Assembly: GCA_964408705.1 (NCBI GenBank)
Contig: CAYPAI010000004.1
Span: 57-64,056, forward strand
Direction: 5' to 3'
Source of the DNA: Candidatus Woesearchaeota archaeon
GTDB lineage: Archaea; Nanobdellota; Nanobdellia; SCGC-AAA011-G17; PNOQ01
Length of the DNA: 64,000 nucleotides
In this document: piece by piece, positions 28,215 to 37,664 of the stretch
How the letters are laid out: each line of letters begins with the position of its first letter
Numbering within the stretch: position 1 is the stretch's first letter
Notes under the pieces: model-generated
What the model was told of the DNA's origin: nothing
Database searches by the model: none
What the model saw: only the letters and a program-made list of their open reading frames with translations
Position numbers and translations under genes: made by a program

Positions 28215-28661
28215 ATGAAAAGGGGCAATCTAGTTTTAACTTTATTTTTAATTAGTATTTTATTTATTTCTGGATGTGGTCCTGAAATGGCTCCAGGTAC
28301 AGGAAAAGATTGGGGAAATTCTGATAAAGAACAGTTTATCCCTCCTGCTCCTAAATCTTCTAGTTCTTCTTGTTATCAAGATGAAGATTGTGAAATTTAT
28401 GAGTTTTGTGATATGGATCCTGGTGCAAAGAGTGGTGAGTGTAAATATTTAACTCATTGTTATAATGATAAGCATTGTTCAAAAGATTTTTATTGTTCTA
28501 TTCCAAAAGGTGCAAAGAGTGGATTTTGTATGGAATTATACTCTCAAATCCCTAATAAAATAATGGATGATTTGGGTGGAAATTCTCCTGAACAATATTA
28601 TCCTTGTATAACTTATGGTGGATTAGACTGTGGACAGGATACTTGGGGACCAATTCTTTAG
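28215..28661 (+). CDS. Small Cys-rich lipoprotein with an internal duplicated DPGAKSGEC / PKGAKSGFC motif.
   Basis: The probable start is the internal Met, giving MKRGNLVLTLFLISILFISGCG (family leader plus lipobox). The ORF track starts 13 codons earlier, at 28176. Confidence 0.6.
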   Translation: MKRGNLVLTLFLISILFISGCGPEMAPGTGKDWGNSDKEQFIPPAPKSSSSSCYQDEDCEIYEFCDMDPGAKSGECKYLTHCYNDKHCSKDFYCSIPKGAKSGFCMELYSQIPNKIMDDLGGNSPEQYYPCITYGGLDCGQDTWGPIL

Positions 28662-28662
28662 A

Positions 28663-29145
28663 TTAAGCCTTAAAACTCAAAGCTGATTCTCTTTTTTCTT
28701 CTAAAATTTTTCCAGAAATAGCATGAATCTTGACATGAATTATATTCATTGTCTTTGTTATATAGGTGATATTCCATAAAGGTGCTTCCAAATTTTGTAA
28801 AATTATTATTTCTTTGTTTACTTCTTCACCTTTGTATTTTTCTTCAATAAGGTTAGATATTATCCTTTTAGCTTCATTTATACCAATCTCAAGATCTTCA
28901 ATTTTTAATTCTTTTATTTCTCTCTTCTCTTTTCTGAAAACTTCTGAAGTTTCAACATTAATTTTTTTATCTTTAACTGTGAAACTTGCCATGTTATCTT
29001 CATCAGGACAATAAAAGTCTACTTGCCAATTATCTGAAGAATTAAAACAACTTGATAAGTAAGAGTTTAAATGTTTCTCCTTAAATTCTTTAAATTTAGA
29101 ACTGTTTTTTATGTCCCTTAAAATACTTTTTAATTTAATTAACAT
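28663..29145 (-). CDS. Hypothetical protein.
   Basis: 160-aa ORF whose stop abuts thrS. Confidence 0.4.
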   Translation of the reverse strand: MLIKLKSILRDIKNSSKFKEFKEKHLNSYLSSCFNSSDNWQVDFYCPDEDNMASFTVKDKKINVETSEVFRKEKREIKELKIEDLEIGINEAKRIISNLIEEKYKGEEVNKEIIILQNLEAPLWNITYITKTMNIIHVKIHAISGKILEEKRESALSFKA

Positions 29146-30848
29146 CTGTGTTCAATGTCACTTGCTAAGTCCTTAATAAATTTATCTGTAGGGACTCCAA
29201 ATTTTAGCTTTCCGGCCAAAGATCTAATTGCTAGTTTTTTAGCTTTCACTTCCTTATCGCCAATAGTTACTGCGTAAGGTATTTTTTGAATTATAGATTC
29301 CCTTACCTTTTTACCTATTGATTGGTTTTTATTATCGAAGTGAACTCTAATATTATTATCTTCTAGTTTTTCAACTACTTCTTGAGCAAATTTTTTATGT
29401 GAGTCATTAACTGTTAGTATGGATACTTGAGTTGGGCTTAGCCATAAAGGAAGTTTTCCAGCAGTGTGTTCTAGTAACACTCCAATAAATCTTTCTAAGC
29501 TTCCAAGAATTGCTCTGTGGATTACTATCGGAGTTTCTTTTGTTCCTTCTTTAGACTCATAATTTAATTTAAAATTTAATGGCATTTGGAAGTCTAATTG
29601 GATAGTTGCCAGTTGTTGGCTTCTTCCTAAAGAATCTTTAATATCAAAATCTATCTTAGGTCCATAAAAAGCACCTTCTTCTTTTTTAATTTCAAATTTC
29701 AATTTCTTCTTTTTTAGAATTGATTTTAATGATTTTTCTGCCTTGTCCCATAGTTGTTTATCTCCCATCGCTTGTTTTGGCATTGTGCTTAAAGAGATTG
29801 AGTAGGTGAATTTGAAAATATCTTTGTATATATGATCTATAAACTCTAGAACATTGCCTATTTCTTTTTCAAGTTGTTCGGGAGTTACAAAGATATGTGC
29901 ATCATCTTGTGAGAATTTTCTTACTCTTGTTAAACCACCAAGGACACCTTTTAATTCATTTCTGTGTAAGACTGAAAAGTCTGCTAATCTTAAAGGTAAG
30001 TCCCTATATGATCTTATTTTTGATTTGTATATTAGCATGTGTCCAGGACAGTTCATTGGTTTTATTGCAAAATCTCTTTTATCAACTTTTAATGTAAACA
30101 TGTCTTCTTGATATTTTTCCCAATGTCCGCTTGTTTTCCAAAGCCTATTGTCATACAGTTGTGGGCTTATCACTTCTTCATACCCTCTTTTAGAGTATTC
30201 TTTTCTTATCATACTGATTAATTTATTATAGACAAAAGCTCCTTTTGGGTAAAAAAATGGTGAACCTGGACTGTGTTTATTAAACATAAATAAATCTAGT
30301 TCTGTACCTAATTTCCTATGGTCTCTCTTTTTTGCTTCTTCTAGCATAGTTAGATGTTCTTCCAATTTGTTTTTAGTATCAAAAGCTGCAACATATATCC
30401 TTTGAAGCATCGGGTTTTTTTCTGAGCCTTTCCAATATGCTCCTGCTGTTTTTAAAATTTTAAAATGTTTTAGCTCCCCTGTAGATTTTGCATGTCCACC
30501 TTTACATAAATCTATAAATTTTTCTTGTCCATAAAAACTAACAGTTTTTCCAGGTAAATCTTTTAGTAGATCTAATTTATACTTTTGTCCTTTTAACATA
30601 TTTTTTGCTTTTAATTTTGATACCGTTGTTTTTTCAATTTTAATATTTTTATTTACAATTTTTCTCATATTTTTTTCAATATTTTTTAAATCTGAAGGGC
30701 TAAATCCTTCTTTTTTATCAAAATCATAGTAGAATCCATTTTCAATTACTGGACCTATCCCCAATTTTGTTTTTGGAAATAATTCTAATACTGCTTGAGC
30801 TAGAATATGTGCACCAGTATGTCTTAAATTGTGTAATTTGTCTTTCAT
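29139..30848 (-). CDS. thrS: Threonyl-tRNA synthetase, short form with the N2 editing-like region, catalytic core and anticodon-binding domain.
   Basis: The N-terminus NLRHTGAHILAQAV carries the HxxxH editing motif. The class II catalytic core includes HRAILGSLERFIGVL. Confidence 0.9.
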   Translation of the reverse strand: MKDKLHNLRHTGAHILAQAVLELFPKTKLGIGPVIENGFYYDFDKKEGFSPSDLKNIEKNMRKIVNKNIKIEKTTVSKLKAKNMLKGQKYKLDLLKDLPGKTVSFYGQEKFIDLCKGGHAKSTGELKHFKILKTAGAYWKGSEKNPMLQRIYVAAFDTKNKLEEHLTMLEEAKKRDHRKLGTELDLFMFNKHSPGSPFFYPKGAFVYNKLISMIRKEYSKRGYEEVISPQLYDNRLWKTSGHWEKYQEDMFTLKVDKRDFAIKPMNCPGHMLIYKSKIRSYRDLPLRLADFSVLHRNELKGVLGGLTRVRKFSQDDAHIFVTPEQLEKEIGNVLEFIDHIYKDIFKFTYSISLSTMPKQAMGDKQLWDKAEKSLKSILKKKKLKFEIKKEEGAFYGPKIDFDIKDSLGRSQQLATIQLDFQMPLNFKLNYESKEGTKETPIVIHRAILGSLERFIGVLLEHTAGKLPLWLSPTQVSILTVNDSHKKFAQEVVEKLEDNNIRVHFDNKNQSIGKKVRESIIQKIPYAVTIGDKEVKAKKLAIRSLAGKLKFGVPTDKFIKDLASDIEHRC

Positions 30849-30928
30849 GCTTATATTTTTCTAAATTACTATATAAATTTAACTAAGATTACAGTAAGAT
30901 TTAAATATAAATCTTATTTAAGGATTGT

Positions 30929-32554
30929 ATGAAAAGAGGTTTATTGATAATAGGTTTTTTATTGATTTTATTACCATTTGTTAATGCAGATTATGACGGG
31001 GCATTTAGTATGGATAAATCTTCAGTACAATTAGGAGATGAATTTACTATAATTGGAGATAATATTCAGTTTGATGGTCAAAAATATAATGGTAATGCGA
31101 TGATAATATTTGAGGGGTATAACGAATCTTTCACATTATTAACTGAGATTTCTGAAGGGGAATTTTCATATGTTTCTTCATTTTGTCAGTTACAAGATTG
31201 TGTTTTAGATAAAACTAGTGGAGATTTTAAGATTACAATTCAGTTGTTTAATCTTCAGTTGGAAGCATTACATGAATTTACCCATATCTTAACAATTAAT
31301 GTAGTTGATAAATTAGATATTGCTTTAAATTTGAAAGAATCTCAACTTATTCCAGGAGAGGACCTAGAATTAGAAGGTTCTGTGTTTAGGAAAGTAGATT
31401 CTGCTCCAGTTACTAATATGGATCTTAAGATTAATATTGATGATTATGTTGTAGATTTATTGTTAAATTCTGAAAGTTTTGAATATGATACTGCATTGTC
31501 TAATAAGATAGTTTCAAATTATCATGATGTCTTAGTTACTGCAGAAGATATTTATGGAAATTGGGGAAATAATACAATAAGTTTTTATGTTACCCCTGTC
31601 CCTACATGGATTGAATCTAGGACAAGTAATGGTACTGAATTCTCACTGGGAGAATCTTTAGAGTTTACTATTCAAGTTTATGATCAGGCTAATGCTCCAA
31701 TTTCTAAAGAAGTTAGTTTTAAAATTAAAAATTCAAATGGAAAGACCGTTCTAAAGGATTCTGCAATAAGTGGCCAGGATATCACCTATGATCTTGGAGA
31801 GTATCCTCTGCCAGGGGAGTGGATTATTGAAGCAGATTCAGAGGATTTAGAATCTGAAATGTTTTTTTATATTGAAGAAGTTAAGGATTTGGAGGTAACT
31901 ATAGATGAGTATTCGATTATTGTAAAGAATGTAGGTAACGTTTATTATCAAGATAATCTAGTTTTAGTTTCTCAAGAAGGTGATCAAAGAAATACCATTT
32001 CTAGAAGGACTAATCTTGAGCCTGGAGAGGAAATGGTTATTGATATGTATACTATGTTTGATGTAGGAAGAAAGAATTTGATGATATCAAATACAAATGA
32101 AGAGTTTGATGTTCTTGTTGAAGATCCGAGATCTTTTTTTACAAAAGTTGGAGATACTTTTTCTGAGTTTACAGGACAAGCAATAATGAGTTCAGGTAGT
32201 GGAACTTCTAATGCTCCTACTTTTGTTTTAATTATCTTTTTTGTAGTTGGATTGCTTGTTTTTAGTTATAGATTAAGGAAAGGGAGGAAAGGCCTAGTTC
32301 CGAGTAATAAAAGATTTAAATTTTTAAAGTTTAAAAAAAAGAAGTCTAGAGATGATGTTGATGATCTTAAGGATAGAATTTTGAAAGATATTGAAGATTC
32401 CCAAAAACATCAAAAAGAAGAAGTTAAGAAGGAATCTGTAGTGTCTCCTATGCCTTCTATTTTTGATAAGGATTTTAGTAAAGTGAGTGAGCCTAAATCT
32501 AAGTCTAATCCTTCTAGAGTTGATTTTGATAAACCTTATGGGAGCAAAGAATGA
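30929..32554 (+). CDS. Surface protein with a cleavable signal peptide, a C-terminal TM anchor and a basic cytoplasmic tail.
   Basis: The signal peptide is MKRGLLIIGFLLILLPFVNA|DYDG. The C-terminal anchor is PTFVLIIFFVVGLLVFSYRLRKGRKG, followed by a K/D-rich tail. Confidence 0.65.
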   Translation: MKRGLLIIGFLLILLPFVNADYDGAFSMDKSSVQLGDEFTIIGDNIQFDGQKYNGNAMIIFEGYNESFTLLTEISEGEFSYVSSFCQLQDCVLDKTSGDFKITIQLFNLQLEALHEFTHILTINVVDKLDIALNLKESQLIPGEDLELEGSVFRKVDSAPVTNMDLKINIDDYVVDLLLNSESFEYDTALSNKIVSNYHDVLVTAEDIYGNWGNNTISFYVTPVPTWIESRTSNGTEFSLGESLEFTIQVYDQANAPISKEVSFKIKNSNGKTVLKDSAISGQDITYDLGEYPLPGEWIIEADSEDLESEMFFYIEEVKDLEVTIDEYSIIVKNVGNVYYQDNLVLVSQEGDQRNTISRRTNLEPGEEMVIDMYTMFDVGRKNLMISNTNEEFDVLVEDPRSFFTKVGDTFSEFTGQAIMSSGSGTSNAPTFVLIIFFVVGLLVFSYRLRKGRKGLVPSNKRFKFLKFKKKKSRDDVDDLKDRILKDIEDSQKHQKEEVKKESVVSPMPSIFDKDFSKVSEPKSKSNPSRVDFDKPYGSKE

Positions 32555-32763
32555 ATTTAAGTTGTTTACTAAATTTTTATCAACTGTTATCTATCGATGG
32601 GGTTAAAGAAGGTGGTAATGAAAATCTGAATATTCTTAATAAAGACAGGTTTATTAATAAAATTTATAGGAATAAATTATTCTGGTTTTTTGCTGTTGTT
32701 TTTATCTTTTTATTTTTTAGATCTATATCTTAAGTTACGGGATCAAATTAATTATCTTTAACT

Positions 32764-33282
32764 TTATTGTAACTCATATAGTTTTTTTAATTCTTCTAAT
32801 TCTTGTTTAGATACTATGTCATCTTTATTAAGATCTGCATCTGATCCTATTCGTATTAAAAACTGATCTAGATACTGGTTATAATGTTTTAGATGATTTT
32901 CCTTTTTAAGTTCTGGCCATGATTCTTGAAAGCCGATATAATTTTTGTAAATATCTTCAATTAGTGGGATATAAGATGTTTTAGTCCATTTGCCTCCGCT
33001 GAATGGAACAATAATATCATACTCTTCATAATTACTTGGTCCGATTGTTTTTTCTGCATAATCTTTTTTATCTTGAATAATATACCATTTTTTTAACATG
33101 GAATCATCATATCTCGGTTTAAAATCTTTTTCTAAGTTTTTAGTTGAATTTGTTATAATATTTTTTGCCTTATCAATATAGGTTTCTAAATTGTTAGGAT
33201 TACAATCTTTTAATGAACATCCAGTTAAAGCTATTAATGAAAAGATTGTAGTGATGCCTTGTTTATATAATTGTTTTATCAT
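32764..33282 (-). CDS. Putative lipoprotein.
   Basis: N-terminus is ...IFSLIALTGCSLKDC (lipobox). 172 aa. Confidence 0.45.
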   Translation of the reverse strand: MIKQLYKQGITTIFSLIALTGCSLKDCNPNNLETYIDKAKNIITNSTKNLEKDFKPRYDDSMLKKWYIIQDKKDYAEKTIGPSNYEEYDIIVPFSGGKWTKTSYIPLIEDIYKNYIGFQESWPELKKENHLKHYNQYLDQFLIRIGSDADLNKDDIVSKQELEELKKLYELQ

Positions 33283-33815
33283 TCTATTTCAGGATAAAGT
33301 GTTTTAGTAATGTCTATGATCATTTTTGTTGCTTCATATTTGTCGTTATTTTTTTCTTGTTTATACTCTTTTAATTTTATTTCAAGTAAGTTTCTAAGTT
33401 TTCTCATTTTTAGTCTTGGAGACATACTTTCGAATTCAGTTCTAATCAAATCTTCAACCTTTTCTTCAGAATATCCAGCAAGACTCAGACTTTTTGAAGT
33501 CATTTTTCTATATTCTTCAGAACTACATTTTTCTAGGACGGTTTTATTTATCTCTTCCTTGTAGTTACCTTGAATCTCTGAAGCATCTTTATGTTCCTTT
33601 TTTATGGGTTCTTTATATATCTCATTTTCTGAGATGTTGTATTCAAATTTTTTCTCTATACCGTTACTTTCAAATTTTGGAAATTCTGTTGATTTAGACG
33701 TATTTGAAGGAATATATTTTTCTTTATGCTCAGTGCTATCTTTGTATCTTTCTTTTAAAAATTTAGGAACTTCTTCTTCCATTAAATCTTTAAGATATGT
33801 TTTTTTAATACCCAT
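33279..33815 (-). CDS. Hypothetical K/E-rich protein.
   Basis: 178-aa ORF with a 4-nt overlap onto the downstream lipoprotein gene. Confidence 0.4.
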   Translation of the reverse strand: MGIKKTYLKDLMEEEVPKFLKERYKDSTEHKEKYIPSNTSKSTEFPKFESNGIEKKFEYNISENEIYKEPIKKEHKDASEIQGNYKEEINKTVLEKCSSEEYRKMTSKSLSLAGYSEEKVEDLIRTEFESMSPRLKMRKLRNLLEIKLKEYKQEKNNDKYEATKMIIDITKTLYPEIE

Positions 33816-33890
33816 TTTACTGACTATCAGATCATATTTTAGTTTATAAGTCTTTTGTTTATCACTACTATATAATAGTTAATTATTTAT

Positions 33891-34343
33891 TTAATTTTTG
33901 TAGAATATTGTATCTTTATCTTCTTCAATTTTTTTGAAATTTTTTAGCTTATCTTCAATTATTTTAAATTTTTTTGCCCTCTTAAATACAGATATTGCTA
34001 TTTTATTTCTTGATACTCTTTTTATTTCGTTTATTCCCTTTATCGGATTTTTGAAATTATGAATTGCACTGATTGAAATTACTGAATCGAATGAGTTATC
34101 TTTAAAAGGTAATTTTTCTCCATCTCCTTGAATTACATTTGAAGAAGATTTCTTTAACATTTCATTACTTAAGTCTATTCCTGTATAATTTTTAAATAAT
34201 TTTGAATAAAAAGCAGTACCACATCCAACATCTAATACTTTTTCATTATTTAACTCTAACAATTTTATGATTATCTTTACCTTTTTTAGTTGTTCTTCTC
34301 TGTGTAGTTCATTATAACTTTTGGCTATGATTTTGTAATCCAT
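33891..34343 (-). CDS. Class I SAM-dependent methyltransferase (small, UbiE/type-11 like).
   Basis: Motif I is VLDVGCGTAFYS. Post-I acidic residue is present, followed by motif II/III-like segments. Confidence 0.7.
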   Translation of the reverse strand: MDYKIIAKSYNELHREEQLKKVKIIIKLLELNNEKVLDVGCGTAFYSKLFKNYTGIDLSNEMLKKSSSNVIQGDGEKLPFKDNSFDSVISISAIHNFKNPIKGINEIKRVSRNKIAISVFKRAKKFKIIEDKLKNFKKIEEDKDTIFYKN

Positions 34344-34396
34344 AATTTCTGGTTATTGGTAAAATATTTAAATGCCTTGATGTTTTAATTTTTTAA

Positions 34397-34467
34397 GCGC
34401 GAATAGTTTAGTGGTAGAATTTAACGTTGCCAACGTTGAGACCCGGGTTCGAACCCCGGTTCGCGCA
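34397..34467 (+). tRNA. tRNA-Gly (anticodon GCC).
   Basis: Acceptor stem is GCGCGAA/TTCGCGC with an A discriminator. Anticodon stem-loop is TAACG-TTGCCAA-CGTTG. The T-arm reads GGTTCGAACCC. Confidence 0.8.
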
Positions 34468-34521
34468 TTTATTTTATTTTTTGAGTTAATTTTTTATATT
34501 CTGACTTTTAATTAATTAAAA

Positions 34522-34920
34522 ATGAAATATAATTTTAAGTTTAGTAAGGTTATGTATTCTTTGTTAATTTATTCTTGTATACCTCCTAGTCCAGCAGAAT
34601 ATGATATTAATCAAGTTTGTCCAGATCTAAGTTTAAATTCAAGGATTGAACTTAAGGATACTAATAATGTAGATGGTTCTAATTTTTACTTGAAAATTGG
34701 TAAAAGTTTTATGCATTATAAAAAAGATAATCTTGATATAAAATTTAATCCTGTTTCAAAAGAAATTTTTAATAATGGTCAAAGATTTAAGGAAGTAAAT
34801 GAAGAATATTATACTAATTTAGATAAATTTATTTATGAACTTAACAATTTTAAAAATAAATCTTGGATAAATTTTAATTTGGATGATGTAATAGATTGTG
34901 TTGAGAAATCAAAATATTAA
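34522..34920 (+). CDS. Hypothetical N/K-rich protein lying between two tRNA genes.
   Basis: 132-aa ORF. Confidence 0.4.
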   Translation: MKYNFKFSKVMYSLLIYSCIPPSPAEYDINQVCPDLSLNSRIELKDTNNVDGSNFYLKIGKSFMHYKKDNLDIKFNPVSKEIFNNGQRFKEVNEEYYTNLDKFIYELNNFKNKSWINFNLDDVIDCVEKSKY

Positions 34921-34969
34921 TTTATAACAAAAACATTTAAATATATAGTATTAATCAATTGGAATTTAT

Positions 34970-35041
34970 GCCTCAGTAGCTCAGTGGTAGAGCAGCTGCC
35001 TTGTAAGCAGCAGGTCAGGGGTTCAAATCCCTTCTGAGGCT
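34970..35041 (+). tRNA. tRNA-Thr (anticodon TGT).
   Basis: Acceptor stem is GCCTCAG/CTGAGGC. The D-arm reads AGCTCAGTGGTAGAGC. Anticodon stem-loop is GCTGC-CTTGTAA-GCAGC. The T-arm reads GGGGTTCAAATCCC. Confidence 0.8.
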
Positions 35042-35065
35042 TTACTAATTTTTAACTAATTTATT

Positions 35066-35401
35066 TTATGTTTTATGATATGCTAACCAATATCCGATTA
35101 TTCCAAGGAGTAGTGGATTAAATAAAAATAATCCAAAATTAACATTTACAGTTATTATCATTCCAATAGATGTACCAACGAATGTCCCAATTAAGGTTTT
35201 TATATACTTTATTTTTTTATTAATTATTGATCCAATGCTCCATATGCCAATTGTGTTCAGAAATGGCCAAACAAAGTATACCCATGGTTCACTTGACCCT
35301 ATCCCTAGCCCATAAGATATAAAAAATGCTAGTAAATGGCCAGTCACTACTTGAAGAATAATTGTTATAAAAATAATTATTATTTTAAAGATTAATTTCA
35401 T
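35066..35401 (-). CDS. Small three-TM membrane protein.
   Basis: 111-aa hydrophobic ORF. Confidence 0.4.
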   Translation of the reverse strand: MKLIFKIIIIFITIILQVVTGHLLAFFISYGLGIGSSEPWVYFVWPFLNTIGIWSIGSIINKKIKYIKTLIGTFVGTSIGMIITVNVNFGLFLFNPLLLGIIGYWLAYHKT

Positions 35402-35486
35402 ATTATTATTTTAGCGTTATTTATTTATAAAAAATTAACTATTTTATTGTAAACATTTTTATATTAATAAATTAGTTAAAGTTATT

Positions 35487-36425
35487 ATGAAAATAAATAT
35501 TATTACTTTATTATTAATCATATTAGGTATTTTATCTTTTCAAGAGCTAGAGATTATAACTAATAGTCCTTATTTTTATTCTGATTCGGGAATTATCAAG
35601 TGTGAAGATGCTAAGATTGGAGATAGGGGTAGACTTAATGGGAATTTATATTTAGCAGTTGATGAAAAGATCCTTAGGTCTATGGATCCTGGTGAAAGGG
35701 GTGATGATTATACAACTTTTTGTGTGTCTCATGTTACAGATATGGGTTATTTGTTTTATAATGCGCATAGTTTTAATCAACCAATTGGATATTGGGATAC
35801 TAGCAATGTAGTAAATATGGGGTTTATGTTTTATAATGCAATAGATTTTAATCAACCAATTGGGTCTTGGAATACTAGTAATGTAGTTGATATGACTCAT
35901 CATTTCTATCTTGCAGAAAATTTCAATCAACCCTTAGATTCTTGGGATGTTAGTAAAGTGATAGATATGTCACGTATGTTTTCATATGCGTATAAGTTCA
36001 ATCAACCCTTAGATTCTTGGGATGTTAGTAGTTTAAAGTATATGCCTACTATGTTTGATAATGCAATAGATTTTAATCAACCAATTGGGTCTTGGAATAC
36101 TAGTAATGTGGAAAATATGGAGCTTATGTTTATGGATGCAGAAAATTTCAATCAACCAATTGGCTCTTGGGATGTTAGTGAAGTTACAACATTTCGTTAT
36201 TTATTTTATGATGCATATAACTTTAATCAACCCTTAGATTCTTGGAATACTAGTAATGTGGAAAATATGGAGCTTATGTTTGTTAATAGTTCATCTTTTA
36301 ATCAAGATTTGAGTGGGTGGAATGTAGATAAAGTTACAGATTATAGAAGATATGATTGTAATACTTTGGTTTGGGATGACAGTTATAAACCTTTTGAACC
36401 ATTTGGATGTGATGTTTTAGAATAA
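35487..36425 (+). CDS. Secreted protein built from about eight tandem 26-residue DUF285/BspA-like surface repeats.
   Basis: There is a signal peptide. The repeating unit is MF.NA..FNQPIGSWDTSNV.DM. The DNA is repetitive, with near-identical stretches of 38-60 nt. Confidence 0.75.
   Translation: MKINIITLLLIILGILSFQELEIITNSPYFYSDSGIIKCEDAKIGDRGRLNGNLYLAVDEKILRSMDPGERGDDYTTFCVSHVTDMGYLFYNAHSFNQPIGYWDTSNVVNMGFMFYNAIDFNQPIGSWNTSNVVDMTHHFYLAENFNQPLDSWDVSKVIDMSRMFSYAYKFNQPLDSWDVSSLKYMPTMFDNAIDFNQPIGSWNTSNVENMELMFMDAENFNQPIGSWDVSEVTTFRYLFYDAYNFNQPLDSWNTSNVENMELMFVNSSSFNQDLSGWNVDKVTDYRRYDCNTLVWDDSYKPFEPFGCDVLE
35760..36300 (+). repeat. Intragenic tandem repeats of about 78 bp that encode the 26-residue units.
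   Basis: ttcaatcaacccttagattcttgggatgttagta occurs at about 35925 and about 36001. tttaatcaacc...tcttggaatactagtaatgtggaaaatatggagcttatgttt occurs at about 36068 and about 36224. Confidence 0.7.
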
Positions 36426-36478
36426 ATATATTCTCTAATACCCAAATTTTTAAAAAAGAAAAATGATAATTTGTAGTT

Positions 36479-36703
36479 ATGAAGCAGGCATCAAACTTTA
36501 AAATTATTGTTTTAGTTTTGTTAGTTGTATTACTTGTTCTTCAAGTTACTGGTACTGCTCCAAGTTTTTCAAAAGGTATGATTACGGGCATATCTAAGGA
36601 TAAGATAATGGGTCCAGGAGGCCCATCAGTTTCAGATAATATTTGTGGGACAGATCCTGATGATGGTTGTGAGGGTTGTATCCATATTGAGAAGGTTGAG
36701 TAG
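36479..36703 (+). CDS. Small secreted protein (74 aa).
   Basis: Hydrophobic N-terminus IIVLVLLVVLLVLQVTG. Confidence is low. Confidence 0.3.
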   Translation: MKQASNFKIIVLVLLVVLLVLQVTGTAPSFSKGMITGISKDKIMGPGGPSVSDNICGTDPDDGCEGCIHIEKVE

Positions 36704-36708
36704 AAATT

Positions 36709-37032
36709 TTGAGAATGGCAAAAAAAAATAAAACTGGTGAAATTTTAAGTTATGGTATTGCTGCAGTAGTACTTGCATTATTAATTGTTAATACCGGGTC
36801 TTCGGAGTATAGTCCACGTCTTGATAAGGAACTTCAACAAGAAATTTTTGAGACTTCTATATCTTCATTAGATGAGGAAGGAGATTCAGTAACAAAAAAA
36901 GCATGTGATAGAGATACTCAAAATTACTGGGGAAAAACATATAGTTACCATGTTACTAGTAAAGAAGAATGTGATGCTGGTCCTATAGATTGTGAGGATC
37001 CTACAATAGACTGTCACCAAGATTACAGATAG
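36709..37032 (+). CDS. Small secreted Cys-containing protein (107 aa).
   Basis: Signal anchor is ILSYGIAAVVLALLIV. Confidence 0.35.
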   Translation: MRMAKKNKTGEILSYGIAAVVLALLIVNTGSSEYSPRLDKELQQEIFETSISSLDEEGDSVTKKACDRDTQNYWGKTYSYHVTSKEECDAGPIDCEDPTIDCHQDYR

Positions 37033-37075
37033 GGAATAAATTTAGTATAACTATCTTTATTTTTTTTAAGAATTT

Positions 37076-37558
37076 TTGGTTAAAATGGATGATAAATATT
37101 TTTGGATTATATTTTCTTTTTTGTTAGGATTTTTGATTCACCCTTTTATATATCAATCCTTTAATGATTTAGACACAAGAGATATTAAACCATTAGATAT
37201 GTTGGATTATGAAATTTATTCAATAGGACAAATTACTTTTGCTAAAAATGTGTTAAAGCAGAATGGTTATGATCCTGATTTAGTTGATTCTTTTGGATAT
37301 CATAGAGTTAGTACTAAAGGATTTATGAAACCTTCTCCAAAGGTTTCAGTTTTTCCAGAGGATTACTTTGAATTTCATAATTGGCCAGAATATGAGACTG
37401 CAGGGTTCCTTCATAGAGGATTAGATGCAAGGGTAACTGAGTCTGAAAAGTATACGAATGTATCTACTGAGATTATTATAATAGATGAAAATTGGGAGAT
37501 TTCTTTTACTAATATTACTTCTTTTGATATGGGTTATGGGGATTTAAAAGATAACTAG
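37076..37558 (+). CDS. Signal-anchored hypothetical protein.
   Basis: 160-aa ORF with the N-terminal TM segment FWIIFSFLLGFLIHPF. Confidence 0.45.
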   Translation: MVKMDDKYFWIIFSFLLGFLIHPFIYQSFNDLDTRDIKPLDMLDYEIYSIGQITFAKNVLKQNGYDPDLVDSFGYHRVSTKGFMKPSPKVSVFPEDYFEFHNWPEYETAGFLHRGLDARVTESEKYTNVSTEIIIIDENWEISFTNITSFDMGYGDLKDN

Positions 37559-37566
37559 ATATTATG

Positions 37567-37664
37567 TTTTAGTTATATTTTTATATTATGGATTATTATG
37601 AAACTTATGAAAAGAGGTATTTTGATTTTATTTTTGTTTAGTCTTTTATTTATTTCTAGTTGCG
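37567..37664 (+). repeat. Copy 1 of a roughly 98-bp promoter-proximal plus signal-peptide cassette (leader repeat).
   Basis: ttttagttatatttttatattatggattattatgaaacttatgaaaagaggtattttgattttatttttgtttagtcttttatttatttctagttgcg differs at 3 positions from 39067..39164. Confidence 0.8.

Noticed and set aside
32551-32733. 60-aa ORF overlapping the end of the 30929 surface-protein gene.
   Set aside because: It has low-complexity composition, overlaps the preceding stop by 4 nt and has no recognisable features. It is probably non-coding 3' region, although a small membrane peptide cannot be excluded.
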